Of a stretch of DNA of 64,000 nucleotides, positions 52,976 through 64,000 are shown piece after piece. The DNA comes from Felis catus (Eukaryota), in the NCBI RefSeq assembly GCF_018350175.1, contig NC_058368.1, positions 160,334,001-160,398,000 on the forward strand, written 5' to 3'. The notes under the pieces were generated by a model, which had not been told where the DNA came from, did no database searches, and saw only the letters and a program-made list of their open reading frames with translations. How positions within the stretch are numbered: the first letter of the stretch is position 1; each line of letters begins with the position of its first letter. The position numbers were made by a program, and so were the translations under genes.

Positions 52976-53202
52976 CTGAGAGAGTGAAATGGACAGTTGA
53001 GAACTCATCATTTACAGTGATCTTCACTTTATAGCATTCCTCCATGCCAAATAGTGTCTCTCTAGAATTTTGATTTCTCACTGCAGTACTTTCAATCTTG
53101 ACCCATATGCTATGGTTTGTGTTGCAGAACTGCTCAAGACTGCTGATCTTTTGGTATTAAGAATTAAATCATTTTTAAAGGCCCAGAAAGATCTGTTCTC
53201 CA
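52976..53202 (-). pseudogene. Candidate decayed exon (xENRSFWAFKNDLILNTKRSAVLSSSATQTIAYGSRLKVLQ*...)
   Basis: cttatttttctcag| acceptor and CAG|gtatgg donor; 227 bp with stops. Confidence 0.45.
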
Positions 53203-53623
53203 CTGAGAAAAATAAGCACTTAAAAGAAAATCAAAATTCACAAAAACATGGCAAATAGATGTAGAGAAATAAGCAGTAAAAGGAAATCTGGAATTTACCA
53301 CCCTTTATGATGTCTCTTCAACTAATCTCTGAGGACTGGTAACATTTTCTGCATCTTGAAGGAGTATTCTTTGTTTTGATGGAATTCCCTAAAACAGAAG
53401 GAGGATTTTGTTTTCTGTGCAATGACTCCAGATAAGTGCACCTGTCTCTCTATTTTCTGTGAATATTGATTTGCTCAGACATGGCTCTTAAATTCAACTG
53501 CCGTATTAAATCCATTCCTCCATTACTTAACCACCAGCAACTCTTGGTATTTGCCAATGGAAACATTAATGCAATGACAACCAAAAAGGGCTGAGATGAT
53601 CCTGAAGTAAAATGTTGTATAGT

Positions 53624-53765
53624 GGGGGTGCCTGAGTGGGTCAGACGGTTAAGTGTCTGACTCTTGACCTCAGCTCAGATCTTGAGCTCAGAGTCATGAG
53701 TTCAAGCTCCTCATTGGGCTCCACGCTGGGCTTGAAGCCAACTAAAATAAAATATGAAATAAAAT
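53624..53765 (+). mobile_element. Short CAN-SINE lacking the CT tract
   Basis: TSD taaaatgttgt(a/g)tagt. Confidence 0.88.
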
Positions 53766-54524
53766 AAAATGTTGTGTAGTTAGTGCATGGTTTATATTCC
53801 AACTCAGCATTCAAGTAGAATTGAAAATTTTAGCAGGGTTATTGAGTCTTTTCAAGACACAGGAGTTAGTATGTTCTTCCTTTTGGTATTCATGTTATAT
53901 ATTATGAAAAGAATACTGCATTCCAGAATTAAGGTCAGAAATGAATTGCCTGTGTTATCTGTATCAGACTGGTTTAAATATGACTGGCTTCTTGATAGTA
54001 TAAGGTTGAAAAATAATAACAATAACCATTTATTAAAATTCTTTTTGTGAAGCACCATGGGGAATATACAAATAATTTAATGATAATTAAAAATGTTTGC
54101 CTCAAAATGCAATAGATTTGAAAGGGGGACAAGAAATGTAGATTTTTTTTTTTTGTATTACACAAGGCAGGAAGTGATGTGTCATAGAGACTAAAGAAGA
54201 GATTTTTCTCCAAAGTGGTGTGCAGTTCAAGTTCTGTGACAAGGGTGGGTAATTTTGAGCAGGGCCTTCCATGATAGATTTATCTAAATACATGGCTCAG
54301 AGGATGGGAGATGTGGGAAGACATTCTAGACACGGAAACATACCAGAAAATACTGAGGACACTAAGGCCTAATGTATGCCACAAACTGTATTTGGTCAGA
54401 TTATAAGGTGGGAAAATTGATTCTCATAAGATAATTTTAAAATGATGAGTTGAAGCCACATTTTGTCAGACCATGAATGCTAGATGGAAGAGCTTGGACT
54501 TGACTCTCCAAGCAATTTCTTCAC

Positions 54525-54780
54525 CTCCTGAAGCCTTGCCTTTTCCAGCTTCTTTCCCAGCTTCCCAAGGCAGTGTCAGTGAGTGGGCCTAACCTGGATC
54601 CAGACTGCAACCCTCTCAGAGCGGAAGGTAGATCTGCACTGACTGCTCCACCCTGTGATAGGACTGGGGAGCCCATTGTGCTTCTAACCAGATCTGGGGC
54701 CTGATAAGGTTTGTGTGCTCTCGGGCCTGTCATAGCCTCAGTTATAGCAATCCTTCTCTTTCCGTGTTGGTTCTGCCGAG
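54525..54780 (-). pseudogene. Exon xRQNQHGKRRIAITEAMTGPRAHKPYQAPDLVRSTMGSPVLSQGG...WKRQGFR
   Basis: taacttttcag| acceptor and GAG|gtgaag donor; 256 bp fully open, GC-richer than its flanks. Confidence 0.55.
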
Positions 54781-55056
54781 CTGAAAAGTTACAGGTGGTA
54801 CATAGCCTCAAAACTTATATGGAGTATTTTCAGTTAGCTAGATAAATACCTCACTTTCCAATCAGCACTGACTGTTTTTGCTGGATTGTATTGTACTTTT
54901 TTTGATAAACTTAGACTCTCCTGAATGCCGGTAAGTTCCTTTCTTTGGAGGAGTGGGTTACTACATCTTGTATCTCTGATGACAGGCTGATGACCTACTG
55001 TATAAAGGCCAAGATTGCTAGATATTGGAGACTGCCTGTTTACCTAATTCTATTCC

Positions 55057-55276
55057 TTTTTTTTAAGTTTTTTAAAAAAATTTATTTAGTTATTTTTAGA
55101 GAGAGAGGGAGAGAAAGAGCATGAGCAGAGTAGGGCAGAGGGAGAATCCCAAGCAGGCTCTGGACTGTCAATGCAGAGCCCACCTGACACGGGGCTCACC
55201 TGAAAAACTGGAAGATCATGACCTGAGCTGAAACCAAGGGCTGGACACATAACTGACTGAGTCACATAGGCAACCC
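55057..55276 (-). mobile_element. CAN-SINE
   Basis: TSD cctaattct(a/g)ttc. Confidence 0.9.
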
Positions 55277-55858
55277 TAATTCTGTTCTTTTAGTCAGATT
55301 GTATTCCCTATGAACCCAACCTCTTAGAACATCTGCTTAGACCTTGCTTGAGATGATCACATTGTTGCATTGTCTCTGGGGTTTCCCAGGTAACTACCCT
55401 ACAGGCTGTTTGTGGAAAAGGCTTTTGCAGACGCAGATTTTGCTCTTTTCTAGGATTCTCGGCCCCAGCATGCATCATGTTAAAAGGTGTGGGTACAGCA
55501 CCCTGTATATCTCATTGTATCATGGTATCTAAATGATTTTCAATAAGAAAATTATTATTAAGAAAATTTCAGTATATAAGCAACAGAGATACACATAGAT
55601 GAAGAAGCACAGGATACATTTACAAATCTGAGAAAACGGGATAGTTCTGGGAAAGAAGTAACACCTAACAAATGTCATCGAAGGCAAGTCTATACATAAC
55701 TACTAGAATTTATCAAAATTACTTTTTATATTCTACACAAGTATAAAAAATTATGCAAAAGATAGTTCCGTTTTTACATCAAGCATAATTTACTTTGTGG
55801 GCAGATTTCCTGACATATGCGAGGCTATTGTTTGTACCTCTGTTTCAATTATTTGGAA

Positions 55859-56085
55859 TTTTTTATTTTTTTATTTTTTTTTCAACGTTTATTTATTTTG
55901 GGGACAGAGAGAGACAGAGCATGAACGGGGGAGGGGCAGAGAGAGAGGGAGACACAGAATCAGAAACAGGCTCCAGGCTCTGAGCCATCAGCCCAGAGCC
56001 TGACGCGGGGCTCGAACTCACGGACCGCGAGATCGTGACCTGGCTGAAGTCGGACGCTTAACTGACTGCGCCACCCAGGTGCCCC
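55859..56085 (-). mobile_element. Young feline CAN-SINE
   Basis: Perfect TSD aattatttggaatttttt; CpGs intact. Confidence 0.97.
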
Positions 56086-56501
56086 AATTATTTGGAATTT
56101 TTTTATAGTGAATTCACATAATGCTGTTTTGTCTTTTATCAAGAAGGAATGTTTCAGTTCATGGCAATGATCATTCTTCATATGCTTGTTGAGCAATTTC
56201 TGTAAACATGATGGATCAGTCTGGGTAAAAATTTCATATCAAAAAAATTTACTTGAAATAAGACTCATTCATAAGATGTTAAAATCCCATAAATACTTTT
56301 TACTTTTTTTAACCTAGGAATTTTTATGGGCATCTTCAAATTATTAGATAAGCTTCTTTCTATAGCATTCCTCCAAGTTTAAGTAATTGCTTCTCATGAG
56401 GTCTCCTTAATAAATAAGGAGAACACACAGAATTTATGTTGCTTTAACAGAAACTGGTTAGACTCTGTGTTAAAAAAAAATAGTTGTTGCTTTGTCATAG
56501 A

Positions 56502-56563
<62 letters not shown>
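56502..56563. repeat. (ATCT)n tetranucleotide repeat, about 15 units
   Basis: Direct reading. Confidence 0.97.
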
Positions 56564-57116
56564 GTCATGCAGCCTTTATTGCCACCTCCAGTAAAATAAG
56601 CTATTACAGTGTCACATTACTAGGGGAGAAGAGTGTCAGTTCTGTTGAATTCTAAGTCACTTAAGTTCCTCATTATTCATCAGCTTGTACAGCCCTGGAA
56701 AAATAATACATTTTGTCAAGACAATTTTAGAACACGTGTTTTGTGTGTCCGTGTACATTACAATATATAGTGAACCACTGTCATTTTAGGAGATTTGCTT
56801 TTTCAGCACCACAACAGCTACTACCAGAGTAAGATTTCATAATAGCTGTAGGAATAGAGTTTGATGGTGAAAATCTACCCAACAGTAGACCTACAAAATT
56901 TGGAGCACATGAGAAACACAGTAGCTCCTGATTGGTGAGTCATGAGTGAATAACAATCTCTAAAGAAAATAATAATGTGATAGATTCATAAACAAATACT
57001 AGATAAAGTTATTTCCTGGACATGCAACCATGTTAGGCATCAGTGTCCTATAACTGTTCTGTAAGTTGTATAACTGTCCTAAAACTGTTATATAAATTAA
57101 AGATGGTACCAGTGTG

Positions 57117-57379
57117 TGTTATAGACTGAAAGTTTGTGTTCTCCTCTCCCTCAGATTTCTTTGAAATCCTAAAGTCTTGTATGATGCTATTTGGAGGCGA
57201 GATGATTAGGTCATGAGGTTGGAGACCTCGCAAATGAGGGCACTTCACCGAACACTAAATCTGCTGATGCCTTGATATTAAATTTCCCAGACTCTAGAAC
57301 TGGCAGAAACAAATTTCTGTTTTTTATATGCCACCCAGTGTATAATAGTTTGTTACAGCAGCCAAAACAGACTAAGACA
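57117..57379 (+). mobile_element. MLT1A-like LTR with internal deletion
   Basis: tgttatagactgaa start; taggtcatgagg; tttgttacagcagccaaaacagactaagaca end. Confidence 0.8.
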
Positions 57380-58205
57380 GTTTGTGATGTAGTCTGTCAT
57401 TGTCTTTCTTTTTTTTTAAAGCAGTTTGAGTTAGCAATTTGCTAATTATGCTTTTAATGTGATTGCTGTAGTCATCCAGCCAATATAATTTAGAACCCGT
57501 AGAGAATTTGTTGGCATAATTTATTTGTACCAGCCATTCTCATAGGACAAAATGAATGTTTATTTTGATCACTAATCTAATGCAATATTGTCATGAGGGC
57601 ATTTCAACTTTTGTGCACAAAATAAACAATATTTGCCTCACTGCTTAAATTTTTTATTCCTATGAAAATAACAAGGCACATAGTACAAATTTTAAGCAGA
57701 ACAAAGAAAAATGAGTCTATCTCATTCTTACAACATCCATCCTACCAGAATTACATCCATAATCCTTACAACATCCATAATCCTACCAGAATTAATGTTG
57801 TATATCTTTTTCAGAATTTTTTCAGACATATACGCAAACACATAGATACATCTTGTTTTATACCAGTAGGATAATAAATACAAACTGTTTTGCTGTTTGC
57901 TTTATATTTTAAAGGAGTTTTCCAGATTATCACGACAAATCTACTTTATTCTCTTTAACAGATGTATATAGGAGTACTTTCTGTGGGTGGCTCATTCTTT
58001 ATTTAACTGACTACTGAGAAACAATAAAGTTCTTTATAGGTCTGCTCCTCCCCCTACACAATCAATGGTGTTAAAGTAAACTTGTATACATATATGAGTT
58101 ATGTCCATATACATTTGTTAAGTAAATTCTTCAAATTAAAATTAATGATTCAAGAGTTTGCATGTTTTGCATATGGTTAAATTCCTCTTTAAAAAGATCG
58201 TACCA

Positions 58206-58427
58206 GGGCACCTGGGTGGCTCATTTCGTTGAGTGTTGGACTTTGGCTAAGGGCATGATCTCTCAGTTTGTGGGTTTGACCCTATGTCAGGCTCTGTGCT
58301 GACAGCTCAGAGCCTAGAGACTGCTTCGGATTCTGTGTCTTCCACTCTCTCTGCCCCACCCCAACTCATGCTCTGTCTCTCTCTCTCTCTCTCTACCAAA
58401 AATAAATAAACATTGAAATTTTTTTTA
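58206..58427 (+). mobile_element. CAN-SINE
   Basis: TSD aagat(c/t)gtaccag. Confidence 0.93.
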
Positions 58428-58963
58428 TAAGATTGTACCAGTGAATAATCTCACGGGTGATACATGGAAATATGTTTTTCTTCACACTTTTGATAATACT
58501 GTATGCTTGCATTATCCTTCATTTATTCAAAAGTTTTTATTACTACCATTCTTTTCCTGCTTAATTTTCTTTCATAGCATTTATTACCATCTGACGTGAT
58601 CTGTCCACTTACTTTTTTATTTCTACTCCTTGAGAAACAGCATGGACAGAAGATTTTGTCTAATCTGTTCATTGCCATATTTCATATGCTTAGAAATGTA
58701 CTTGGAACACATTCTGTGCCCCATACTATTTAGCCAATGACTGACTGGCTGAATGAAGGGCAGTCTCTAGGACATAAACCCCATATAACATGGAACTTTG
58801 CTGAAGTAAAAGTATTAGAGCTTTCTTTTGTCACTTTGAGATCTGTGTCTTCTAGATGGTAATTCTTGACTCCAAAATTATTTTTTACAGCTACAGTTTT
58901 TTTTTTCTGCTAGTATTTTGACATTACTTCACAACAATGCTTTCTTAAAAATATTTTTAAATA

Positions 58964-59186
58964 AGGGGCGCCTGGGTGGCTCAGTCAGTTAAGCATCCGA
59001 TTTCAGCTCAGGTCATGATCTCATGGTCCATGAGTTCGAGCCCCACATCGGGCTCTGTGCTGACAGCTCAGAGCCTGGAGCCTGTTTCAGATTCTGTGTC
59101 TCCCTCTCTCTCTGACCCTCCCCCATTCATGCTCTGTCTCTCTCTGTCTCAAAAATAAATAAACATTAAAAAAAATTAAAAAAAAA
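58964..59186 (+). mobile_element. CAN-SINE
   Basis: Full head, CT tract, A tail. Confidence 0.95.
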
Positions 59187-59727
59187 GAAAAATTAATTTT
59201 AGATAAGAATTGAAGTGGAGATCCAACTTTACTTCCCTTCAGAATTCTCTCTACAAGCTTTTTGAAATCTACTTTCTTTTTCTGAGTTAATCAACATCTT
59301 TATCTTCATGAAATTCTAGATGTCCTGTGTGTGTTAGAGTTTTCTATTTTAGTCCACTGTTCTATCAATTCTGGGTGTTACACCACGTTATTCTCCTTAC
59401 TTTAACTCGGTCATCTTTTTTATTACTAATTAAGGCTAATTCCTCTTAAATGGTATACTTTTCTCAGGCCTTTATTGGCTAATTTGCTGACATCTTTCAG
59501 ATTAAATATCAAATTGTCTGTTATGTTTTGACGAAAACATTTTGACCAGACTTATAATTTGTGGGTTAATTTTTGGGAAATTCAGTTGTGATAGACAACA
59601 TTGAGTCTTTCTATACCAGAAATTCTTGCACTTATTCAAGTCTTCAAAATTTTTCTTTAAAGCAGACATTTCTGAATTTCACTAACAGGTATTTAATATT
59701 GCTTTTGTATATGAAACTTGTCATATG

Positions 59728-59962
59728 TTTTCTTTTTTTTTAAAAAAAAAATTCTGTTTATTTATTTTTGAAAGAGAAGGAGCAAGCACATGCATGTTTG
59801 AGCAGGGTAGGGGCAGAGAGAGAGGGAGACACAGAATCCAAAGCAGGCTCCAGGCTCCCAGCTGTCAGCACAGAACCTGATGTGGGCTTGAACCCACGAA
59901 CTGTGAGATCATGACCTGAACTGAAGCCCAACTTTTAACCTACCGAGTCATTCTGGCACCCC
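59728..59962 (-). mobile_element. CAN-SINE
   Basis: TSD tgtcatatgttttct. Confidence 0.93.
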
Positions 59963-60185
59963 TGTCATATGTTTTCTAATAGCTGTTTTTTTGTGTGAAG
60001 TCCTCATACCAAACTCTTCCAGTCTCTTAGTTGATTCTTTCAGGTTTGCTATGTATAAGATAATTTCTCTGAAAACAGTGACAATTTTACCCCCTTTGCA
60101 GTTTTCTTATTTTATTTAAAAAAAATATTTCATTGTGCTGTGAAGAAGTACTTTAAATAGCATGACAAACAAAATTATCAGTTTT

Positions 60186-60396
60186 GGGGCACGTGGGTGG
60201 CTCAGTCAGTTAAGCGTCTGACTCTTGACTTCAGCTGGGGTCATGATCTCACAGTTCATGAGTTCGAGCCCCACATCAGGCTCTGTGCTGGCAGTACAGG
60301 GCGTACTTGGGATTCTGTCACCCTCTCTCTCTGTCCCTGCCCTGCTTGCTCTTTATCTCTCTCTCAAATAAAAACTTAAAAAAATTATAAAAAAAA
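60186..60396 (+). mobile_element. CAN-SINE
   Basis: TSD aaattat(c/a)agtttt. Confidence 0.93.
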
Positions 60397-60933
60397 CCCA
60401 AATTATAAGTTTTACCTGAGTCCTAAGGCAGACTCCATCTTATCAATATTTATAAAAAATCAGGCTTCATATATTTTTTAAACTAAATCTATTCAAATAT
60501 TTTCTAAGTCATATAATGCTTTTTTTGAATTTTAATCAAGAACATGCAAAATAATGATTAAAACTATTTGAAAGAAAATACTGGGAATTCTTGGAAAACA
60601 GTATCAGATATCATCTCTGATAGAGATTAGATTTCTAGTAGGAAGATGATTTTAATAGCCAGGTAGCTAAAATTAAAAATAGAATAAAAGCAAAGAATAA
60701 CCACAAAAGAGACTTAATACATAATTGTCAAAAAAAACAAAAAACAAAAAAAACAAAACACGACGTGCAAGTCATTGTTTATCTTTTACTCATATTCTCC
60801 TTATACTTTCTTTGCTATGAAAGTCAGGTCAATAGTGACTACAGGCTGCATGCATAAGTTCATAAGTTCAATTTGGAATTAGAAAAAAAAACCCTTCAAA
60901 ACTTTAATAACTTATTCTGGAATCAATTTAGTT

Positions 60934-60960
60934 CTTTTTTATTTCTTAATGTTTATTTAT

Positions 60961-61002
<42 letters not shown>

Positions 61003-61165
61003 GTAAATGGGGGATGGGCAGAGAGAGGAAGACACAGAATCCCAAACAGGCTCCAGGCTCAGAGCTGTTAACACAGAGCCTGATACGGGGCTCAAACTCA
61101 CAAATTGTGAGATCATGACCTGAGCTGAAGCTGGATGCTCAATCGTCTGAACCACCCAGGTGCCC
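60934..61165 (-). mobile_element. CAN-SINE
   Basis: TSD aatcaatttagtt. Confidence 0.93.
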
Positions 61166-61202
61166 GGTAATCAATTTAGTTTTTACAAAAAATCGTCCTT
61201 AC

Positions 61203-61336
61203 GGAAGTCAGAAAGTAAAAAGCATTTCTGCATGCAGCGTTTAGTTGCAGCAGTTTTTGTCAAATATCAAGATCATTAGAGTAGTTGCACACAGGTCATT
61301 TAATTGTTCTGCATCTGATTTTATCATTTTTAAAGG
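61203..61336 (-). pseudogene. Candidate decayed exon ending KRCMQKCFLLSDF
   Basis: gattctag| acceptor and |gtaagg donor; multiple stops. Confidence 0.3.
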
Positions 61337-61844
61337 CTAGAATCAGTTTAACTAAAGCTTTGATAAAACATTCGAAAGCTGTGATACACATATATAGATA
61401 CAAAATTATAAACTGTACAAGTGAATGTTATTTATTATTTTTTTCAAGCTAATGTTATTTAAATTAAAAGTTTTATAGTCCATCAATAAAAATTCAAAGG
61501 GATAATTGCAAGCAAATGAGGAGATAAACTTGCTGCACTTGAGGTCACTTTACCAACTTGGAATGAGAATACTGCCATGTACATTTTATATGTTATTTTA
61601 GTGATGAATGGAAAAGAAGACATGATGTTGCAAATGCATGGGCCTGTATACTGATATAATCCAAAAAGCTTTCATTTACTGATCCAATATCAGATTCCTA
61701 GGAAATTGTTCACTTAAACATAACATGTAGAACACTTACCTCATTTAACTGTCTAGAAACCTCATTTTTCTATCCATGAGCTCAGGCAGAAGAAAATTTC
61801 TTTTGAAATTGTTGAGATTTATTTGTAATATTTTAGATATACTA

Positions 61845-61846
<2 letters not shown>

Positions 61847-61876
<30 letters not shown>
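61847..61876. repeat. (GT)n microsatellite
   Basis: Direct reading. Confidence 0.95.
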
Positions 61877-61879
<3 letters not shown>

Positions 61880-62090
61880 GCAATTTTCTGAAGAGAGAGT
61901 AAATCCTAATAGCTAATATCTTCAAATTTAGAGTCAGACGTGGTTTTCCAGGTAGATTAGAAAAATTATTCAGAATCATGTATAAATTGGAGAATGAAGC
62001 TAGATGCCCCTTCTAAGGTTGTTATCTAAGTTAAGAGAAATAATGCAAGCAAAATTTTGGTGATTGTGTCTCAAGTCCAATATAGTATTC

Positions 62091-62300
62091 TTTTTTTTAA
62101 TGTTTATTTATTTATTTTGAGAGATAGGGAGAGAGTACACAAATATGGGAGGGGTAGAGAGAGAGGGAGAGGGAGAGTCCCAAGCAGGCTCTGCACTGTC
62201 AGTGCAGAGTCTGACGTGGGGCTTGACCCCATGAACCCAGAGATCATGATCTGAGCCCTAATCAGGAGTCAGATGCTTAACTGACTGAGCCACTCCAGCT
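62091..62300 (-). mobile_element. CAN-SINE
   Basis: TSD tccaatatagtattctt. Confidence 0.93.
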
Positions 62301-62410
62301 CCAATATAGTATTCTTAGTAACAGTAGTAGTAATTATACATTTTATATTATAAAATTATAATTATATATAATTATAAATTCTAAATGTTTGTAAATTTTA
62401 CTACTCATAC

Positions 62411-62595
62411 AGGTATCTTGTCTGTTATAAGACAGAAGGAAGTAGGTATGTTTGCATGTGCAGTCCAGATCCCTGTTGTGTGAAATGGCAATGTTCATGG
62501 CCACTCGCTTGTTCTCTTTCGCATAGACACAAATAGAGATAGAACACACCCACTTTCAGTCTACAGGAGAGTTGTTAGAAGTAGAATGGGGTTTC
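62411..62595 (-). pseudogene. Candidate decayed exon (ETPFYF*QLSCRLKVGVFYLYLCLCEREQA...)
   Basis: Strong acceptor tatttctgcttttcag|; donor |gtatga uncertain. Confidence 0.3.
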
Positions 62596-64000
62596 CTGAA
62601 AAGCAGAAATAACTTTCTATTGTCAATGGTAACTGTAATTATTTTTCATGTTAATATGGTAAGAAGGAAAGCTATTTCTAATCTCAGTTTTCTGATATGG
62701 CTAAGTAATTTCTCCATTTTCATCCAGAAAGTCATAGCCTAAACTAGGCTGCAGGTCTCTTAATTTCTCTAATCCTTCTAATACTTGCTTCACCATGATG
62801 TCAGATTCATATGTTGGAAATCGAAAAAAAAATATATGGCTTATTAGCTAATGAGGGTCAGACAAAGAAATGGACAGAAGCCTGGAATTGAGTTGGGGAA
62901 TCAATGTATAAAGTTGCTCATAGAAAAAAGAAAAAAAAGAGATGGAGGAGGCGTTAAAGGTAAACGGAATCAGAAACTAAAAGGTAGAAACTACATACCT
63001 GCAAAGGGAAAGAGTGGTAGTGACTTAAAAAGTTTCCAGAAAAGAAAAAAAAAAAAAGGAAAGGGTAAAAGTAAAAGACAGTAACAGAAAGTGAGCCGAG
63101 AGAACAAAAATCAGAACAAAGCAAAGGAACAGATTCCTGGCAGAAGGTATGATTAACAGTTATAGGCTCTCACTTCATTGGTTATGTTATAGGTTCTGAG
63201 GTTTTTTATGATTTTCATACCATAAACCATGCTTTGCTTTCATTTCTACAAATCTCAGTTGGGACCAGACGCATCCAGCAGTGACGGCAGAGATGGTACA
63301 ATGTAATCTAGGCGTCGTTAAATCCATTCTGGGAATCGTGGACGCTTTGGATTAGGTTAGATGGAAAGGGGAGTTATTTTGCAGTATTCAAATGTCTTCA
63401 GAGCATTTTTTTTCCTGTTATGCAAACTGAGATTACTCTGCTTAGGATGTAGAATTCCAAATGGATTTTTAGCTAGCTAAAATCAATGTGTAATGCAGAC
63501 ACAGGATTTACTGAAATGATGTTTCATGCTAGAAATGAAAGAGCTTAGCATGTTTCAACCAGTTAACTTCAGCAAAAAGAATTTCAGGTAACAGATAAAT
63601 GTTCAGTACCCAAGGACATGTGTCACACCCTGAGCATTGGATTTGGATATCAGTTGAGTGTGTTTGACTCTCAACTCATTTACGGTCCTTCAGGCAGTTT
63701 CATTTAGTATCTGTTTTGTAAACAGGTGTCACTAAAGAATTGATGACATGATAGAATTTTGAACCAAAGTCTCACCTTCTCCCTGAAAGCCTTAGTTTTT
63801 AGATTCAAACTGGAATCTTAGAATAGCTCTTTGCCTTTGCTTTGTTGGTGTTTAATAATCCTTTTGGGGGTTAATAGCTTCATAATAATAGCTCATGCTC
63901 CAACTCATCAGAAATGTTATCTGTTAATAAAATTAAATGAAGTACAAGTAATGCTTCAATAATTAAAAATTTCCCAAATTAAAAAATATAGAATATAATT

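Larger units (their letters stand above)
57760..60130 (-). mobile_element. Ancient L1M fragments interleaved with SINEs and an L2 3' end (about 58530-58760)
   Basis: Degenerate antisense L1 text; L2 tail with (tgaa)n-like end. Confidence 0.45.
13001..62595 (-). pseudogene. Multi-exon decayed gene, probable RGS22-like (multi-RGS-domain) paralogue; both ends uncertain
   Basis: About 20 segments of unique sequence bounded by AG/GT signals, several splicing in phase into long open frames; in-frame stops or frameshifts in others; motif resemblance to RGS22 recalled from memory. Confidence 0.6.

Noticed and set aside
655..62254. Many 60-110 aa ORFs with MAQSVK/GAPGW/RERERE/LSLSQK peptides
   Set aside because: Translations of CAN-SINEs.
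13001..62595. Calling the exon chain RGS22 or RGSL1 itself
   Set aside because: Similarity is only motif-level and from memory; a true mammalian orthologue would be near-continuous in identity, so no symbol was assigned.
62851..63084. Lys/Arg-rich 77-aa ORF
   Set aside because: A-rich low-complexity sequence.
1..64000. tRNA genes, CRISPR arrays or prokaryotic systems
   Set aside because: tRNA-like boxes are SINE heads; no repeat-spacer arrays; the sequence is mammalian.

Overview
AT-rich mammalian genomic DNA, almost certainly felid, judged from about 32 CAN-SINE/SINEC copies that include near-identical young cat-type copies. No intact protein-coding gene is recognisable, and nearly all track ORFs are SINE/L1 artefacts. 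Repeats include one full-length decayed L1 (1.4-8.4 kb), two L1 3' fragments (one with twin-priming structure), MaLR/ERVL LTRs, L2/MIR relics, a Tigger and a MER94-like element. The main hidden feature is a chain of about 20 candidate exons on the minus strand (about 62.6 kb down to 13.0 kb) with GT/AG boundaries. Two runs of them splice in phase into stop-free frames of 224 and 169 codons; others carry stops or frameshifts. Their translations show motif-level resemblance, largely in colinear order, to the multi-RGS-domain protein RGS22 (compared from memory, not by search) but are far too divergent to be its orthologue. This suggests a decaying ancient RGS22-like paralogue. Three exons that appear to belong in the middle of this gene lie on the plus strand (47.0-52.3 kb), implying an internal inversion. 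Repeat coordinates are approximate to within about 10-20 bp.
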